DNA of 64,000 nucleotides from Clostridiales bacterium (GCA_021107455.1 JAIOSU010000212.1:5123-69122), one strand, 5' to 3'; numbered from the stretch's first letter, positions 1 through 10,423 are shown. A program made the numbers and translations. Notes: generated by a model not told the origin, from the sequence alone.

Positions 1-1140
1 GAAGTCTACATGAACCACACTGAAGTTGGCACCGGCCTCTTTAAGCTGTGCTATGGACTTATGGATGCCATCTTCTATAGTAGAAGGGTAAGCACGTCCA
101 ATAGCGAAGTGACATGTGGCGTTTTCATCATATAATGTATTGAAGAATACTTTTTTGGATTGATAGATCGGGGAGGTTACAGGTACCAGTGCCACTTCTC
201 CGAGATACATGGATCCCTCATCGGTTTCAAGAAGTCCCTTAAGCGTCTCATAACCTTGCTTTGCTGTGAAGTCTACAATTTTACCAGATTCAAAGGTAAA
301 AGAAAATTCATCGATTAGCACTCCGTTATAACTCAGTGGCATAGTCGAAGCCAAAGTTCCATCAACACCAAGTCTATGAGGCATGGTGAACACTTCCTCC
401 GTTGGAATATTGGGAACGAAATAGGCGTCATTTTTAGTATTGACGCTTCCTCCGCCTTCCCAAACATACCCCTTGGGAAGTTTTACCTTGAGATCTGTAC
501 CGGGTGCCTCAAAGATCAGATGGTCGATATTCAAATCGTTGAGGTAATCCACTTTGCCTTGAAGAATCGTCACATGATCTTCCCAGGCTTTGATTGGATC
601 ATCCTGGTCCGCTCTGGTGATTTTGAGGATATTCTCCCATAAGGCATTGATGCCGTCTTCCTCTGAGAGTTCAGGGTAGACTTTTTTTGCCCATTCTGGT
701 GACGGAACAGCTATACCAAGCCAGCTGACACCGCCTTTGTTTACAATTTCCCTGTAGGGTTGTATGGCCTTTGCCGTAGCTTTGTTGGCTTTCGATAATT
801 TGGAAGGTTCCACATCCGCCATCAGATCTGGATTTGGAGCCAGCACACTGATTACCGCCGCACCATCTGCAGCAAAGTTTTCCATGTATTTGGCACGCCA
901 ATCCGGAAAGTATTCAAGATAACTCTCATCGGAATGCGTGTATCTGAGTTTGGTCTGCAGATCATCATGATACTCTGCACGGACTATACTTGCACCACAT
1001 TCATAGGCAACTTTGGTGATTGCTCTTACGAAATCACTTGCACCAATTGGAGCATTAACGATAAGGGGTTGCCCCTTTTGAAGATTGACGCCTACCTTGA
1101 CCGCTATGCGCGCGTATTTTTCAAGCAACTGCTCATTCAT
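1..1140 (-). CDS. M29-family aminopeptidase (PepS/AmpS-like), partial; the C-terminus runs off the left edge
   Basis: My own minus-strand translation from ATG (plus-strand cat 1138-1140), preceded by AGGAGG (1148-1153), stays open to position 1: MNEQLLEKYARIAVKVGVNLQKGQPLIVNAPIGASDFVRAITKVAYECGAS...GEVALVP...HFAIGRAYP. It is absent from the ORF track because there is no stop inside the window. Confidence 0.8.
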   Translation of the reverse strand, partial: MNEQLLEKYARIAVKVGVNLQKGQPLIVNAPIGASDFVRAITKVAYECGASIVRAEYHDDLQTKLRYTHSDESYLEYFPDWRAKYMENFAADGAAVISVLAPNPDLMADVEPSKLSKANKATAKAIQPYREIVNKGGVSWLGIAVPSPEWAKKVYPELSEEDGINALWENILKITRADQDDPIKAWEDHVTILQGKVDYLNDLNIDHLIFEAPGTDLKVKLPKGYVWEGGGSVNTKNDAYFVPNIPTEEVFTMPHRLGVDGTLASTMPLSYNGVLIDEFSFTFESGKIVDFTAKQGYETLKGLLETDEGSMYLGEVALVPVTSPIYQSKKVFFNTLYDENATCHFAIGRAYPSTIEDGIHKSIAQLKEAGANFSVVHVDF

Positions 1141-1247
1141 ATTTAGACCTCCTATTATGTTTCACTATAATTCTATCAAATGAAATGGCAATGTGGCAAT
1201 GAAATGGTATAATTTACATAAGATCAAATAAAGTTGGAGATAATAAT

Positions 1248-3548
1248 ATGCAGTATTATGAAACAATTGATGAGAATAGAATATTTGAAGATTATAAAGA
1301 TGCACGCATTCTGATCGTTACCGATGTAAATGTTTACAAGCTTCATGGATACAGATTTCAGTCGTGTGAATTTCTGGTTTTACCTTCAGGAGAGACTTCA
1401 AAGAATTTTGATAATTATATGAAGATCATAGATGTGCTGTCGAAACTCAAGATGAACCGTTCGGATGTAATTTGCGCGCTTGGAGGGGGAGTCATTGGTG
1501 ATTTGGCAGGTTTTGCCGCGTCCACATATATGCGCGGAATGGAATTCGTTCAAATTCCCACGACTTTACTTGCAATGGTGGACAGCAGTGTGGGTGGAAA
1601 AACGGGAATCAACCTTCATGCGGGTAAAAACAGAATCGGCACATTTTATGAGGCTAATCATGTCTACAGAGATCCCACGTTTTTGAATACATTGCCAAAA
1701 GAAGAAGTTTCAAATGGATTTGCCGAAATAATAAAATACGCTATAGGTTTTGATCGGGGTCTTGGAGATCTGCTTGATCAGGTCAATTTGGATTTGATGA
1801 ATGATATAGATCTTATTATGAAAATCGTTGAAATTTGTGTTGATATCAAACAAAATATTGTGAAGCAGGATGAAAAGGACAAAGGAATCAGACAACTTTT
1901 AAATTTTGGTCACACCATAGGACATGCCATAGAATCCTATTATGATTATGAAGGTTTAAGTCATGGTCAGGCTGTAGCCATAGGAATGGTCATGAAACTT
2001 AAAATGGCGCTTGATGAGAAGCTCCTCTCGGATGTGGAATTTCACACATGGATGAAGCGCATTCTCAAATTCGGACTTCCGGTGAAGCTGGATCAGAACA
2101 GTGATTTATGCAAAATTTTGGAACGCATGAGTTATGATAAAAAAGCGAGCGGTAAAAATATCAGGTGGATTGAGATTCGAAAGATCGGCGAACTTAAAGT
2201 GGTCGAAAACAGTATGGACGTTCTTATGAAAAAACTAGGCTGCACGAATGAAGCTTATAGTGTGATTATTGAGCCTATGAAACTGAAAGGAGCAGTGTCC
2301 ATTCCGCCTTCAAAAAGCCTGAGCCATAGAGCCATCATTTGTGCAGGTTTATCCGAACAGGTTTCAGTCATAGGTCCGCTATCCGAGTCGGTGGATATTC
2401 AGGCGACACTTGATGCCATGATGAAATTTGGAGCGGAAATCACACGCGTCAAGAAGGAACAACTGGGAGCTTACTATCAAATCTGCAATGAGAAAATAGG
2501 AGATTACTATAAAACGAGAAAACCTGTGATCCATGAACCACTGACTATTGAATGCCATGAATCCGGTTCCACTTTGAGATTCTTGATTCCGTTCACATTT
2601 TTAACATCAAGGGCAGTTATGTTCACAGGCGAGGGACGACTTGTCAAAAGACCTCTAGGACCCTACTACGATTTATTTGATCAAAAGGGAATGAAGTATG
2701 AAACAAGTACAGGAGAACTGCCATTGACCCTCTATGACAGTTTCAGTCCTGGTAGATACGACTTGCCCGGAAACGTGAGCTCTCAATTCATAACTGGACT
2801 GTTGATGACTTTGCCGCTTATGAATGATGATTCTGAAATACACATCACAACGGATTTGGAGTCTGGACCCTACATCGATCTGACGATAGAAACTATGAAA
2901 AAATTCAATATAGAGATTGAACATTCATCGGAAAATGTTTATCATATTCCTGGGAACCAAGTCTATAGTGCAGCGGATCTTACTCTTGAAGGGGATTATT
3001 CACAAGGCGCATTTTGGCTTGTTGCCAATAGCATAGGCAGCAATGTGGATGTGGAGGGACTAGAGCCTTTATCTTTACAGGGAGATCGTGTCATTACTGC
3101 TATACTAGATGCGTTCGATCTTGAGCCTAATGAAGACTCAAGACGTGAGTTCGATATATCACAGTGCCCGGATCTGTTGCCGATTCTTGCAGTGAAGGCT
3201 GCCCTTACAAAAGGGTTGACTGTATTTGAGAATGGGGAACGAGTCAGACTCAAGGAGTCAGATAGAATTCATGCAATGGCGGTTGAACTCGAAAAAATGG
3301 GTGCAGATATTGTTGAAACTTCAGATGGTCTAATGATCAAAGGCGTAGATCGATTAGAAGGTGCCACAGTATCGTCTTGGAACGATCACCGGATCGCCAT
3401 GGCACTGGCCATTGCGGCAACTTGTGCAGCGGGGCAGGTACGCATTGAAGGTGCTGATTGTGTGACCAAGTCCTACCCTGAATTTTGGGAAGATTATAAA
3501 AGAGTTGGAGGAAGTATCGATGTCGAGCCAATTTGGGAAATTATTTAA
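1248..3548 (+). CDS. aroB/aroA: Bifunctional 3-dehydroquinate synthase (AroB, about aa 1-340) / 3-phosphoshikimate 1-carboxyvinyltransferase (AroA/EPSP synthase, about aa 345-766)
   Basis: N-terminal half has GGGVIGDLAGFAASTYMRGMEFVQIPTTLLAMVDSSVGGKTGINL (AroB signature). C-terminal half has KGAVSIPPSKSLSHRAIICAGLS...LESGPYIDLT...NDHRIAMALAIAA (EPSP synthase). It is a single uninterrupted 766-aa ORF. Confidence 0.9.
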   Translation: MQYYETIDENRIFEDYKDARILIVTDVNVYKLHGYRFQSCEFLVLPSGETSKNFDNYMKIIDVLSKLKMNRSDVICALGGGVIGDLAGFAASTYMRGMEFVQIPTTLLAMVDSSVGGKTGINLHAGKNRIGTFYEANHVYRDPTFLNTLPKEEVSNGFAEIIKYAIGFDRGLGDLLDQVNLDLMNDIDLIMKIVEICVDIKQNIVKQDEKDKGIRQLLNFGHTIGHAIESYYDYEGLSHGQAVAIGMVMKLKMALDEKLLSDVEFHTWMKRILKFGLPVKLDQNSDLCKILERMSYDKKASGKNIRWIEIRKIGELKVVENSMDVLMKKLGCTNEAYSVIIEPMKLKGAVSIPPSKSLSHRAIICAGLSEQVSVIGPLSESVDIQATLDAMMKFGAEITRVKKEQLGAYYQICNEKIGDYYKTRKPVIHEPLTIECHESGSTLRFLIPFTFLTSRAVMFTGEGRLVKRPLGPYYDLFDQKGMKYETSTGELPLTLYDSFSPGRYDLPGNVSSQFITGLLMTLPLMNDDSEIHITTDLESGPYIDLTIETMKKFNIEIEHSSENVYHIPGNQVYSAADLTLEGDYSQGAFWLVANSIGSNVDVEGLEPLSLQGDRVITAILDAFDLEPNEDSRREFDISQCPDLLPILAVKAALTKGLTVFENGERVRLKESDRIHAMAVELEKMGADIVETSDGLMIKGVDRLEGATVSSWNDHRIAMALAIAATCAAGQVRIEGADCVTKSYPEFWEDYKRVGGSIDVEPIWEII

Positions 3549-4614
3549 AATCAGTTTATATGGTGAATCCCATGGAGAGAGTGTCGGTTGCGTTATAGAC
3601 GGACTGCCGTCTGCTATTGTGATTGATTTTGATTTGATTCGTGCGCGACTCGATCAGAGGAAGCCCGATTCTTCAGGATTAACAACAAAAAGAGATGAAA
3701 CCGATGAGTATGAAATCCTGAGTGGCGTCTATAATGGAAAAACGACTGGAACTCCATTATGCGTTCGTTTCGTAAACAGGGACAGAAAATCTTCCGATTA
3801 TCTGGAATCAGGTCGAATCTACAGGCCAGGACATGCGGATTATACAGGTGCTATAAAATATGAAGGCGCAAATGATCCACGAGGTGGTGGTCATTTCTCC
3901 GGAAGATTGACTGCTCCGATTGTATTTGCAGGAGCGATTGCAGAACAAATATTAATGACGAAAGGCATTGAGGTCATTTCCCAGCTCGTATCCGTAGGAA
4001 CATTACAAGGAAGAACACTTGAAGAAATGGATGATCAAGCGGTGAAACATATCGATAAGTTGAAATATGCCATCCATCCTGATCACTCTGAAGAGTTTAT
4101 GGAAGAGATTCGAAAGACGGGTGATCACGGGGATTCTGTAGGTGGTGTTGTGGAAACTATGATCACTGGTGTGAAGGCAGGTTTGGGAGAGCCATTTTTT
4201 GATAGTTTGGAAAGTACACTTGCACATGGTTTGTTTTCAATACCCGGTGTAAAAGGTGTGAGCTTTGGTGCCGGATTTGGCCTATCAAGGATGAACGGCT
4301 CTGTAGCCAATGACCGATTCCTTAAAAACAGCAAAGGCGATGTGATCACTGCAACCAATCGCAACGGTGGAATCAATGGTGGCATAAGCAATGGGATGCC
4401 GATCAAATTTGACTGTGCGATCAAACCGACGCCATCCATTGCGATGGAGCAGGAAACACTTGATTTTGATACGTTTGAAACATCGGTGCTAAAAATAAAA
4501 GGTCGACATGACCCTTGTGTGGCGCTGAGAGCGGTCCATGTGGTCAGGGCAATTGCGGCTATCGCCATTTGCGATCAAATCTTTATTGGCAGAGGTATAA
4601 ATGGTAATGTATAA
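3520..4614 (+). CDS. aroC: Chorismate synthase
   Basis: MSSQFGKLFKISLYGESHGESVGCVIDGLP...GRHDPCV. ATG at 3520 is preceded by GGAGGA; the track start at 3505 is a TTG inside the aroA end. Confidence 0.92.
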   Translation: MSSQFGKLFKISLYGESHGESVGCVIDGLPSAIVIDFDLIRARLDQRKPDSSGLTTKRDETDEYEILSGVYNGKTTGTPLCVRFVNRDRKSSDYLESGRIYRPGHADYTGAIKYEGANDPRGGGHFSGRLTAPIVFAGAIAEQILMTKGIEVISQLVSVGTLQGRTLEEMDDQAVKHIDKLKYAIHPDHSEEFMEEIRKTGDHGDSVGGVVETMITGVKAGLGEPFFDSLESTLAHGLFSIPGVKGVSFGAGFGLSRMNGSVANDRFLKNSKGDVITATNRNGGINGGISNGMPIKFDCAIKPTPSIAMEQETLDFDTFETSVLKIKGRHDPCVALRAVHVVRAIAAIAICDQIFIGRGINGNV

Positions 4615-5413
4615 AAAATATGGTCTTTTGGGAGCAAATATTGCTTATAGTTTTTCTCCCGATCTTCACAACCAGATGTTTCAGCTCTCTGGAATCAAAG
4701 CTGAATATTCACTGATAGACATCCCCAGAGATGAGTTTGGTCTCGATGTGGTTTCAAAAGCTGTGAAGTTTTATTCGGGTTTCAATGTGACGATTCCATA
4801 CAAAGAGGCAATCTTAGGATTCCTGGATGAAGTGGATGAGAGAGCCCGAAAAATCGGGGCAGTAAATACTGTGGTTTTAGAGGATGGGAAATGGAAAGGC
4901 TATAATACAGATTATGACGGGTTTATCTTTCTTTTCAATCAATTGAATCTATCGTGTAGAAGAGCCGCAATAATTCTCGGTACAGGCGGTGCCGCGAAAA
5001 TGGTTTATCAAGCGCTTGTCGATCTCGGATTTGAAAACATTATGGTAGTTACGAGATCAACGGATAGCGAATTGTCTTATTTCAATAAAGCCAAATGTCT
5101 GGACTATGCTGAACTTGAAGCTGGTAACAAAACCTCTGATCTTTTGGTCAATTGTACACCCATCGGCATGAGCACTCATGTGGACGTCATGCCTGTATCG
5201 AGTGAGTTGATCAGTCGCCAGGGCGCTGTGCTTGACCTCATTTATAATCCACCGGAGACAAGGCTGATGCGTGAGGCCTCAAAGCTGGGAATAAAAGTGC
5301 TGGGTGGTCTTGATATGTTGATTGTCCAGGCTCTCGAAGCGGAAAGGCTTTGGACAGGCAGGGAGATGAATGTTGAAAACAATAGAACGATCCTTATGGG
5401 GATGTTCAGATAG
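4601..5413 (+). CDS. aroE: Shikimate dehydrogenase
   Basis: YGLLGANIAYSFSPDLHNQMF...FNVTIPYKEA...GAVNTV...YNTDYDGF...ILGTGGAAK. Overlaps the aroC stop. Confidence 0.88.
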   Translation: MVMYKKYGLLGANIAYSFSPDLHNQMFQLSGIKAEYSLIDIPRDEFGLDVVSKAVKFYSGFNVTIPYKEAILGFLDEVDERARKIGAVNTVVLEDGKWKGYNTDYDGFIFLFNQLNLSCRRAAIILGTGGAAKMVYQALVDLGFENIMVVTRSTDSELSYFNKAKCLDYAELEAGNKTSDLLVNCTPIGMSTHVDVMPVSSELISRQGAVLDLIYNPPETRLMREASKLGIKVLGGLDMLIVQALEAERLWTGREMNVENNRTILMGMFR

Positions 5414-5607
5414 TGTACAGAAAAATGTACATTATTTGAACATCCTTTGTTTTATAAATGAACATCTTCAGTATCATCAAGCAACCAACGTTGAAAATGG
5501 GATGTTTAGAGTCCTTTTGGAATACAACCGATTTTGGCATAGGAATTGCTTAATATTAGAATGAACGACAATTGGCTTTATAAATTTGATCAAACGAGGT
5601 GAAGTGA

Positions 5608-6483
5608 GTGAGTACTTTTTTACAAGTCATATTCAGAAGCTTGGAAACCGGAAGTTTGTACGCATTGGCCTCTTTAGGCATAATCATTGTATTTAGGACT
5701 TCCAATATAACGAATTTCTCACAGGGTGCTGTGGCGATGTTCAATACCTTTGTAGTCACCTATTTTTTTAATTCTATGGGATGGCCACTTTGGATGGCAA
5801 TCATCGCGGGTGTCATCAGCGCCATCATAGTCGGGCTGCTGATAGACCTTGTGATCATCAGACATACTAGGAAAGTATCACCGGTGGCGAAACAGATTGT
5901 CACACTCGGTATGGTCATGATTGTGCTGGGAATAGCACCAATGCTTTTTGGAGTCGACCCACTTAGACTGCCAAGACTTATTGAAAATGGAAACATATCT
6001 ATACTGGGTGCGGATATCTCCTATAATGGACTATTTAATATAGTGTTTGGCATTGCAATCATGGCGACACTTTTTTACATCTTGCAAAAAACAAAAGTGG
6101 GGCTTGCAGTTAGGGCGACTGCATCGAATGAGTACACAGCAAAACTTATGGGCGTGCCTACAAAGACCGTGACCATGGGTGCATGGGCTGTCGCTGGCAT
6201 ACTGGGAGTGCTTTCAGGAGTCATGGCGGCACCGATGACATCGGTGACACTTAACTTGATGGATGAGATCCAAATCAATGCACTCATTGCAGTGGTTCTT
6301 GGTGGTTTTCAAACGTTTTATGGACCGGTCATCGGTGCATATATCATCGGAATCAGCAGAAATCTTTTGCTCTATTATGGTTCTTCAGTATGGGGCGGGC
6401 AAATCCTGTATATTCTGATCCTTGTTTTCCTGGTCTTTAGGCCTTATGGACTCATCGGTAAAAAAATCATTAAGAAAGTATAG
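5608..6483 (+). CDS. livH: Branched-chain amino acid ABC transporter permease (LivH-type)
   Basis: Polytopic membrane protein with FLQVIFRSLETGSLYALASLGIIIVF...FSQGAVAMF, typical of LivH. Confidence 0.85.
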   Translation: MSTFLQVIFRSLETGSLYALASLGIIIVFRTSNITNFSQGAVAMFNTFVVTYFFNSMGWPLWMAIIAGVISAIIVGLLIDLVIIRHTRKVSPVAKQIVTLGMVMIVLGIAPMLFGVDPLRLPRLIENGNISILGADISYNGLFNIVFGIAIMATLFYILQKTKVGLAVRATASNEYTAKLMGVPTKTVTMGAWAVAGILGVLSGVMAAPMTSVTLNLMDEIQINALIAVVLGGFQTFYGPVIGAYIIGISRNLLLYYGSSVWGGQILYILILVFLVFRPYGLIGKKIIKKV

Positions 6484-6491
6484 GTGGAGAG

Positions 6492-7487
6492 ATGAAAACA
6501 AAATTTAACTGGCTGAGGAATCCATATCTTCAATTCCTATTGTTTGGAGTGTTACTGGCAATGGTCCCTGTACTTGCAAAAATGGGCGTTTTCAAGGTGA
6601 GCTATATCACAACACTCGGTGGTGCTTTCATATTTGCCATCGCCGCACTTGGACTGAACATCCTACTAGGATATTCAGGACTTATATCTCTTGGAACAGC
6701 AGGCTTTATGGGACTCGCGGCATATCTTTCAGCTTATGCTACCATGGATTTGAATTTGCCTTTTGAAGTTGCGATTTTCCTGGCGATACTGATCCCGACA
6801 CTCATAGGAGTTATGGTTGGACTTGTATCACTGAAAATTGAAGGCATATATCTTGCGATTGCAACACTTGCCGTGTCGGAAGTCATGAGAAAGACTTTTG
6901 AGGAATTCGACTTCTTTACAGGCGGATTCAGTGGAAAGACAGCCAATTATCCGACACTCTTTGGTACGTTTGAACTTGATCGGGCTACCATGTATTATTT
7001 TATCGTGTTTGTTCTGATAATGATTATGATATTGACTCATAATATGGTCAACGGTAGGCTTGGCAGAGCGCTCAATGCCATGAGGGGCAGTGAGGCGGCA
7101 TCCCAGGCAATGGGCGTCAACCTTCTGAATCATAGACTGATCGCTTTTGCACTGGCAACTATCTATGCGAGTGTTGCTGGTGTACTGTATGTACATTTTA
7201 TCAAATACTCATATCCCAGCATCTGGTCACTTAAGTTGTCTCTTGACTTCCTTGCAATGATCATCATAGGTGGACTCAGATCGATTTATGGTACCTTGCT
7301 TGGAGCTGTCATTGTATTTGCGGTACCTGACCTTTTTCTGAAACAATTGCCTTACTTCAATCAATTGTCTTATATTCTCAACGGGATACTGATTATACTG
7401 GTCATCATATTCTATCCACATGGGTTGATTTATGCTGGACATGACATAAAAAGAGCATTCAATAAATTGAGAAAGGGAGCAAAGTGA
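6492..7487 (+). CDS. livM: Branched-chain amino acid ABC transporter permease (LivM-type)
   Basis: Membrane protein with LNILLGYSGLISLGTAGFMGLAAY...AMRGSEAASQAMGVN, typical of LivM. Confidence 0.85.
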   Translation: MKTKFNWLRNPYLQFLLFGVLLAMVPVLAKMGVFKVSYITTLGGAFIFAIAALGLNILLGYSGLISLGTAGFMGLAAYLSAYATMDLNLPFEVAIFLAILIPTLIGVMVGLVSLKIEGIYLAIATLAVSEVMRKTFEEFDFFTGGFSGKTANYPTLFGTFELDRATMYYFIVFVLIMIMILTHNMVNGRLGRALNAMRGSEAASQAMGVNLLNHRLIAFALATIYASVAGVLYVHFIKYSYPSIWSLKLSLDFLAMIIIGGLRSIYGTLLGAVIVFAVPDLFLKQLPYFNQLSYILNGILIILVIIFYPHGLIYAGHDIKRAFNKLRKGAK

Positions 7488-7488
7488 T

Positions 7489-8304
7489 ATGCATAACAAT
7501 GAAGTGGATATGAATGGTCTTGTTCTGAAAATTGAAGAGCTATCCATTGCGTTCGGTGGACTTAAAGCAGTTGACGGACTCTCTTTTGAAATCAAGGAAA
7601 ATGAAGTTTTCGGTCTGATTGGTCCAAACGGAGCCGGGAAGACGACTGCCTTCAATTGCATCACACAATTTTACAAACCGGATTCCGGTGCGATTTATTT
7701 TAAGGATAGAAAAGGGCAAACTCAAAATCTTCTTGATCATGGCGTCCATGAAATCATAGAGCTAGGACTGGTGAGAACTTTTCAGAACGTTGAATTGATC
7801 CGAGAACTCAGTATCATAGACAATGTTTTGATCGGGGCACATACAGATTTTAAAGCCACGATTTTTTCTCAGGCTTTTAGATTCCCAAAAGCAGTTAAGG
7901 AAGAACGGGAAATGCGCGCAAAAGCTTACAAGATCTTAGAGACTCTGGGGATTGAAGATCGAGCAAATCTTCCAGTGGGCGGTCAACCATACGGTATCCT
8001 AAAAAAGGTGGAGTTTGCAAGATCTTTGATTTCAAACCCCAAGCTGATCATACTGGATGAGCCGGCTGCCGGTCTCAACGATGTGGAAACCATCGAACTG
8101 GCCAGCAGGATCAGAAAAATTCGTGATGAACTCGGTTGCTCCATATTGCTGGTGGAACATGACATGCGCCTGGTGATGGACGTTTGCGACAGAATATGTG
8201 CCATATCATTTGGAAAGTTCCTGGCTAAAGGCACACCCAAAGAAATCAAAGAAAATAAGGCAGTACAAGTCGCCTATTTGGGAATCGAGGTGGATCATGA
8301 CTAG
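7489..8304 (+). CDS. livG: Branched-chain amino acid ABC transporter ATP-binding protein (LivG-type)
   Basis: Walker A GPNGAGKTT, signature and Walker B LIILDEPAAGLN, and a LivG-type C-terminal tail. Confidence 0.88.
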   Translation: MHNNEVDMNGLVLKIEELSIAFGGLKAVDGLSFEIKENEVFGLIGPNGAGKTTAFNCITQFYKPDSGAIYFKDRKGQTQNLLDHGVHEIIELGLVRTFQNVELIRELSIIDNVLIGAHTDFKATIFSQAFRFPKAVKEEREMRAKAYKILETLGIEDRANLPVGGQPYGILKKVEFARSLISNPKLIILDEPAAGLNDVETIELASRIRKIRDELGCSILLVEHDMRLVMDVCDRICAISFGKFLAKGTPKEIKENKAVQVAYLGIEVDHD

Positions 8305-9028
8305 AAATAGTAAAAAAACAGCTCTCTCTGTCAAAAATCTGGTTGTAAGGTATGGAGCCATTGAAGCGCTCAAAGGGATAGATATCGAGGTCAAGGAGGG
8401 TGAAATCGTAGCATTGCTCGGTGCAAACGGAGCAGGAAAGACCACAACTCTCAGGACGTTATCAGGACTCATTGAATCAGCAGGGGGATCGATTGAATAT
8501 TATGACAAAGAAATTTCAAAGGTGGAGCCTGAGAAAATCGCCGCCATGGGAATCGCACAGTCGCCGGAAGGCAGACAGGTGTTCAGGGACTTCACAGTTG
8601 AGGAAAATCTAAAAATAGGATCATTCACACTAAAAGACAAGAAACAGATCCAGAAGAACTTTGAAACTGTCTATCGTTATTTTCCAGTACTTGAAGAAAG
8701 AAAGAATCAGGTGTCCTCGACACTTTCTGGCGGTGAACAGCAAATGCTTGCAATTGCCAGAGCACTGATGAGCAGTCCGAAAATCCTACTACTCGATGAA
8801 CCTTCACTAGGACTTGCACCACTTATAGTTCAGGGTATCATGTCTATAGTGGAAGAAATCAAAGCAGCGGGAACAACTGTGATCATCGTTGAACAAAATG
8901 CGGCTCAAACCCTTAAGATTGCGGATTACGCTTATGTATTGGAACTCGGGCAGATCAAGATGCATGGAGAAGCCGAAAAACTCATGAATGATCCACAACT
9001 GATTGAAGCGTATTTGGGGGCACACTAA
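8297..9028 (+). CDS. livF: Branched-chain amino acid ABC transporter ATP-binding protein (LivF-type)
   Basis: GANGAGKTT, LSGGEQQMLAIARAL, LLLDEPSLGLAP. I start it at ATG 8297 (MTRNSKK), which overlaps the livG stop; the track start at 8198 lies inside livG. Confidence 0.88.
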   Translation: MTRNSKKTALSVKNLVVRYGAIEALKGIDIEVKEGEIVALLGANGAGKTTTLRTLSGLIESAGGSIEYYDKEISKVEPEKIAAMGIAQSPEGRQVFRDFTVEENLKIGSFTLKDKKQIQKNFETVYRYFPVLEERKNQVSSTLSGGEQQMLAIARALMSSPKILLLDEPSLGLAPLIVQGIMSIVEEIKAAGTTVIIVEQNAAQTLKIADYAYVLELGQIKMHGEAEKLMNDPQLIEAYLGAH

Positions 9029-9093
9029 TATGGTATTTGATCGAATATGTTTCGATCTGATATAGTGCATCAAAACTAGAGGAGGAAATTTAT

Positions 9094-10359
9094 ATGAAAA
9101 GAATTTTAGCGCTTTTATTAGTATTCGTATTGGTGTTTTCTGTGGCAGGTTGTGCTAAGGAAGAACCTGCAGCAGCAGTTACGCCAACTGATGGCGATGC
9201 AACTGAAGCACCTGAACCTGCACCGGAACTGGAATGGGCTCAGGGAATCACCGACACTGAAATCGTTGTGGCCAACTCAGCTGCGACTTCAGGAGCTTTT
9301 GCACCTGTTGGAGTACCTTTCAATGCCGGTATCGAAGCTTACTTCGGTATGATCAACGAGCAAGGTGGTATTCAAGGTAGAAACCTCGTGTTCAAGCACA
9401 CAGATGACGAGTTTGACCCGATCAAAGGAAAAGCGGCACTTTCAAGCATGGTAGAAGATGAAAAAGTGTTTGCGATAGTAGGTCATTTTGGTACGCCAGT
9501 AGTTGCGGCAACACTAGAGGACTTAAAGAGCTATGGTATTCCAGCGGTTTACTTTGCAACTGGTATTGGACAACTTTATAATGACAATGCTGTAGGCGAT
9601 GAAAGAAACATATTCCCTGTTCAACCAATTTACAAGACAGAAGGCAAAATCATGGTCGCACGTGCTGTCGGTGACTTTGAAGCTAGTAAAATTGGTGTCA
9701 TCTACACTAACGACGATGCTGGAAAAGACCTCTTATGGGGAGCTGAAAACATGGCAGCTGAACTTGGTGTGGAACTTGTGATTCAACAGGTTGCAGCTGG
9801 TGCGACTGACGTATCTTCAGCAGTTACATCTATAAAAGATGCAGATGTGGACTTTATAATTGGTGCGGCGATTCAAGCTACGATTCCTACAATTCTTAAG
9901 GAACTTGCAGCACAAAACGTGAACAAAGATGTCATCACGACTTATGTCAACGTTTCTCCTGTAATCGCACAAGGTGTAGTCAATGAAATCGCAGGGAAAT
10001 TTGATGTTTACGGCAATGGTTGGGTATCATTTGAAGGCGAAAGAGCGCTTGCTCTTGAAGAGTTTGCTAAGTATACTGTTGGTTACGAGACAAATGTCTA
10101 TGCTATGACCGGTTGGATTGCGGCACACTTCTTTGTTGAAGGTCTTAAAAGAGTCGATGGCGTCATCACTTGGGACACTTATATGGACGCTCTTGAATCC
10201 GCGCCGATTGTGAACCCTTTCGGTGGAGAGATTGACTTTGGTAACGGACTCAGAGCCGGTACTCAAGAAATGAATCTTTCAAAAATCAGCCATGACAATC
10301 TTGATGGTGAATGGCTTGAAGTCAAACCGCTCCAATCAATAGATTCAATTATCAACTGA
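9094..10359 (+). CDS. Branched-chain amino acid ABC transporter substrate-binding lipoprotein
   Basis: Signal peptide with lipobox VFSVAGC. Periplasmic-binding-protein type I fold features. Last gene of the liv operon. Confidence 0.8.
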   Translation: MKRILALLLVFVLVFSVAGCAKEEPAAAVTPTDGDATEAPEPAPELEWAQGITDTEIVVANSAATSGAFAPVGVPFNAGIEAYFGMINEQGGIQGRNLVFKHTDDEFDPIKGKAALSSMVEDEKVFAIVGHFGTPVVAATLEDLKSYGIPAVYFATGIGQLYNDNAVGDERNIFPVQPIYKTEGKIMVARAVGDFEASKIGVIYTNDDAGKDLLWGAENMAAELGVELVIQQVAAGATDVSSAVTSIKDADVDFIIGAAIQATIPTILKELAAQNVNKDVITTYVNVSPVIAQGVVNEIAGKFDVYGNGWVSFEGERALALEEFAKYTVGYETNVYAMTGWIAAHFFVEGLKRVDGVITWDTYMDALESAPIVNPFGGEIDFGNGLRAGTQEMNLSKISHDNLDGEWLEVKPLQSIDSIIN

Positions 10360-10383
10360 TATGGTATAATGATATCGATGAAA

Positions 10384-10411
10384 GGGGAATCGCTGAGTCG
10401 ATTTCCCTTTT
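10384..10411 (+). terminator. Intrinsic terminator after the liv operon
   Basis: GGGGAATCG-ctgagt-CGATTTCCC followed by TTTT. Confidence 0.6.
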
Positions 10412-10423
10412 ATTGGTTAAGTC

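Noticed and set aside
376-1146. Track ORFs 376-642 (+), 671-901 (-) and 934-1146 (+).
   Set aside because: All lie inside a minus-strand frame that is open from ATG 1140 to position 1 and encodes a recognisable M29 aminopeptidase. The short ORFs have no RBS or family resemblance.
1179-1213. Direct repeat AATGAAATGG (1179-1188 and 1198-1207) with TGGCAATG duplicated between the copies, abutting a TATAAT at 1208-1213 upstream of aroB/aroA.
   Set aside because: This could be a repressor or activator site or simple slippage. I have no known motif to attach to it and no conservation data, so it is too weak to call.
5414-5431. TGTACA-gaaaaa-TGTACA immediately after the aroE stop, considered as a regulator site for the liv operon (for example CodY).
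   Set aside because: It does not match the CodY consensus AATTTTCWGAAAATT. It is more simply a short 6-bp hairpin, possibly a weak terminator for the aro operon. There is no second copy in the window.
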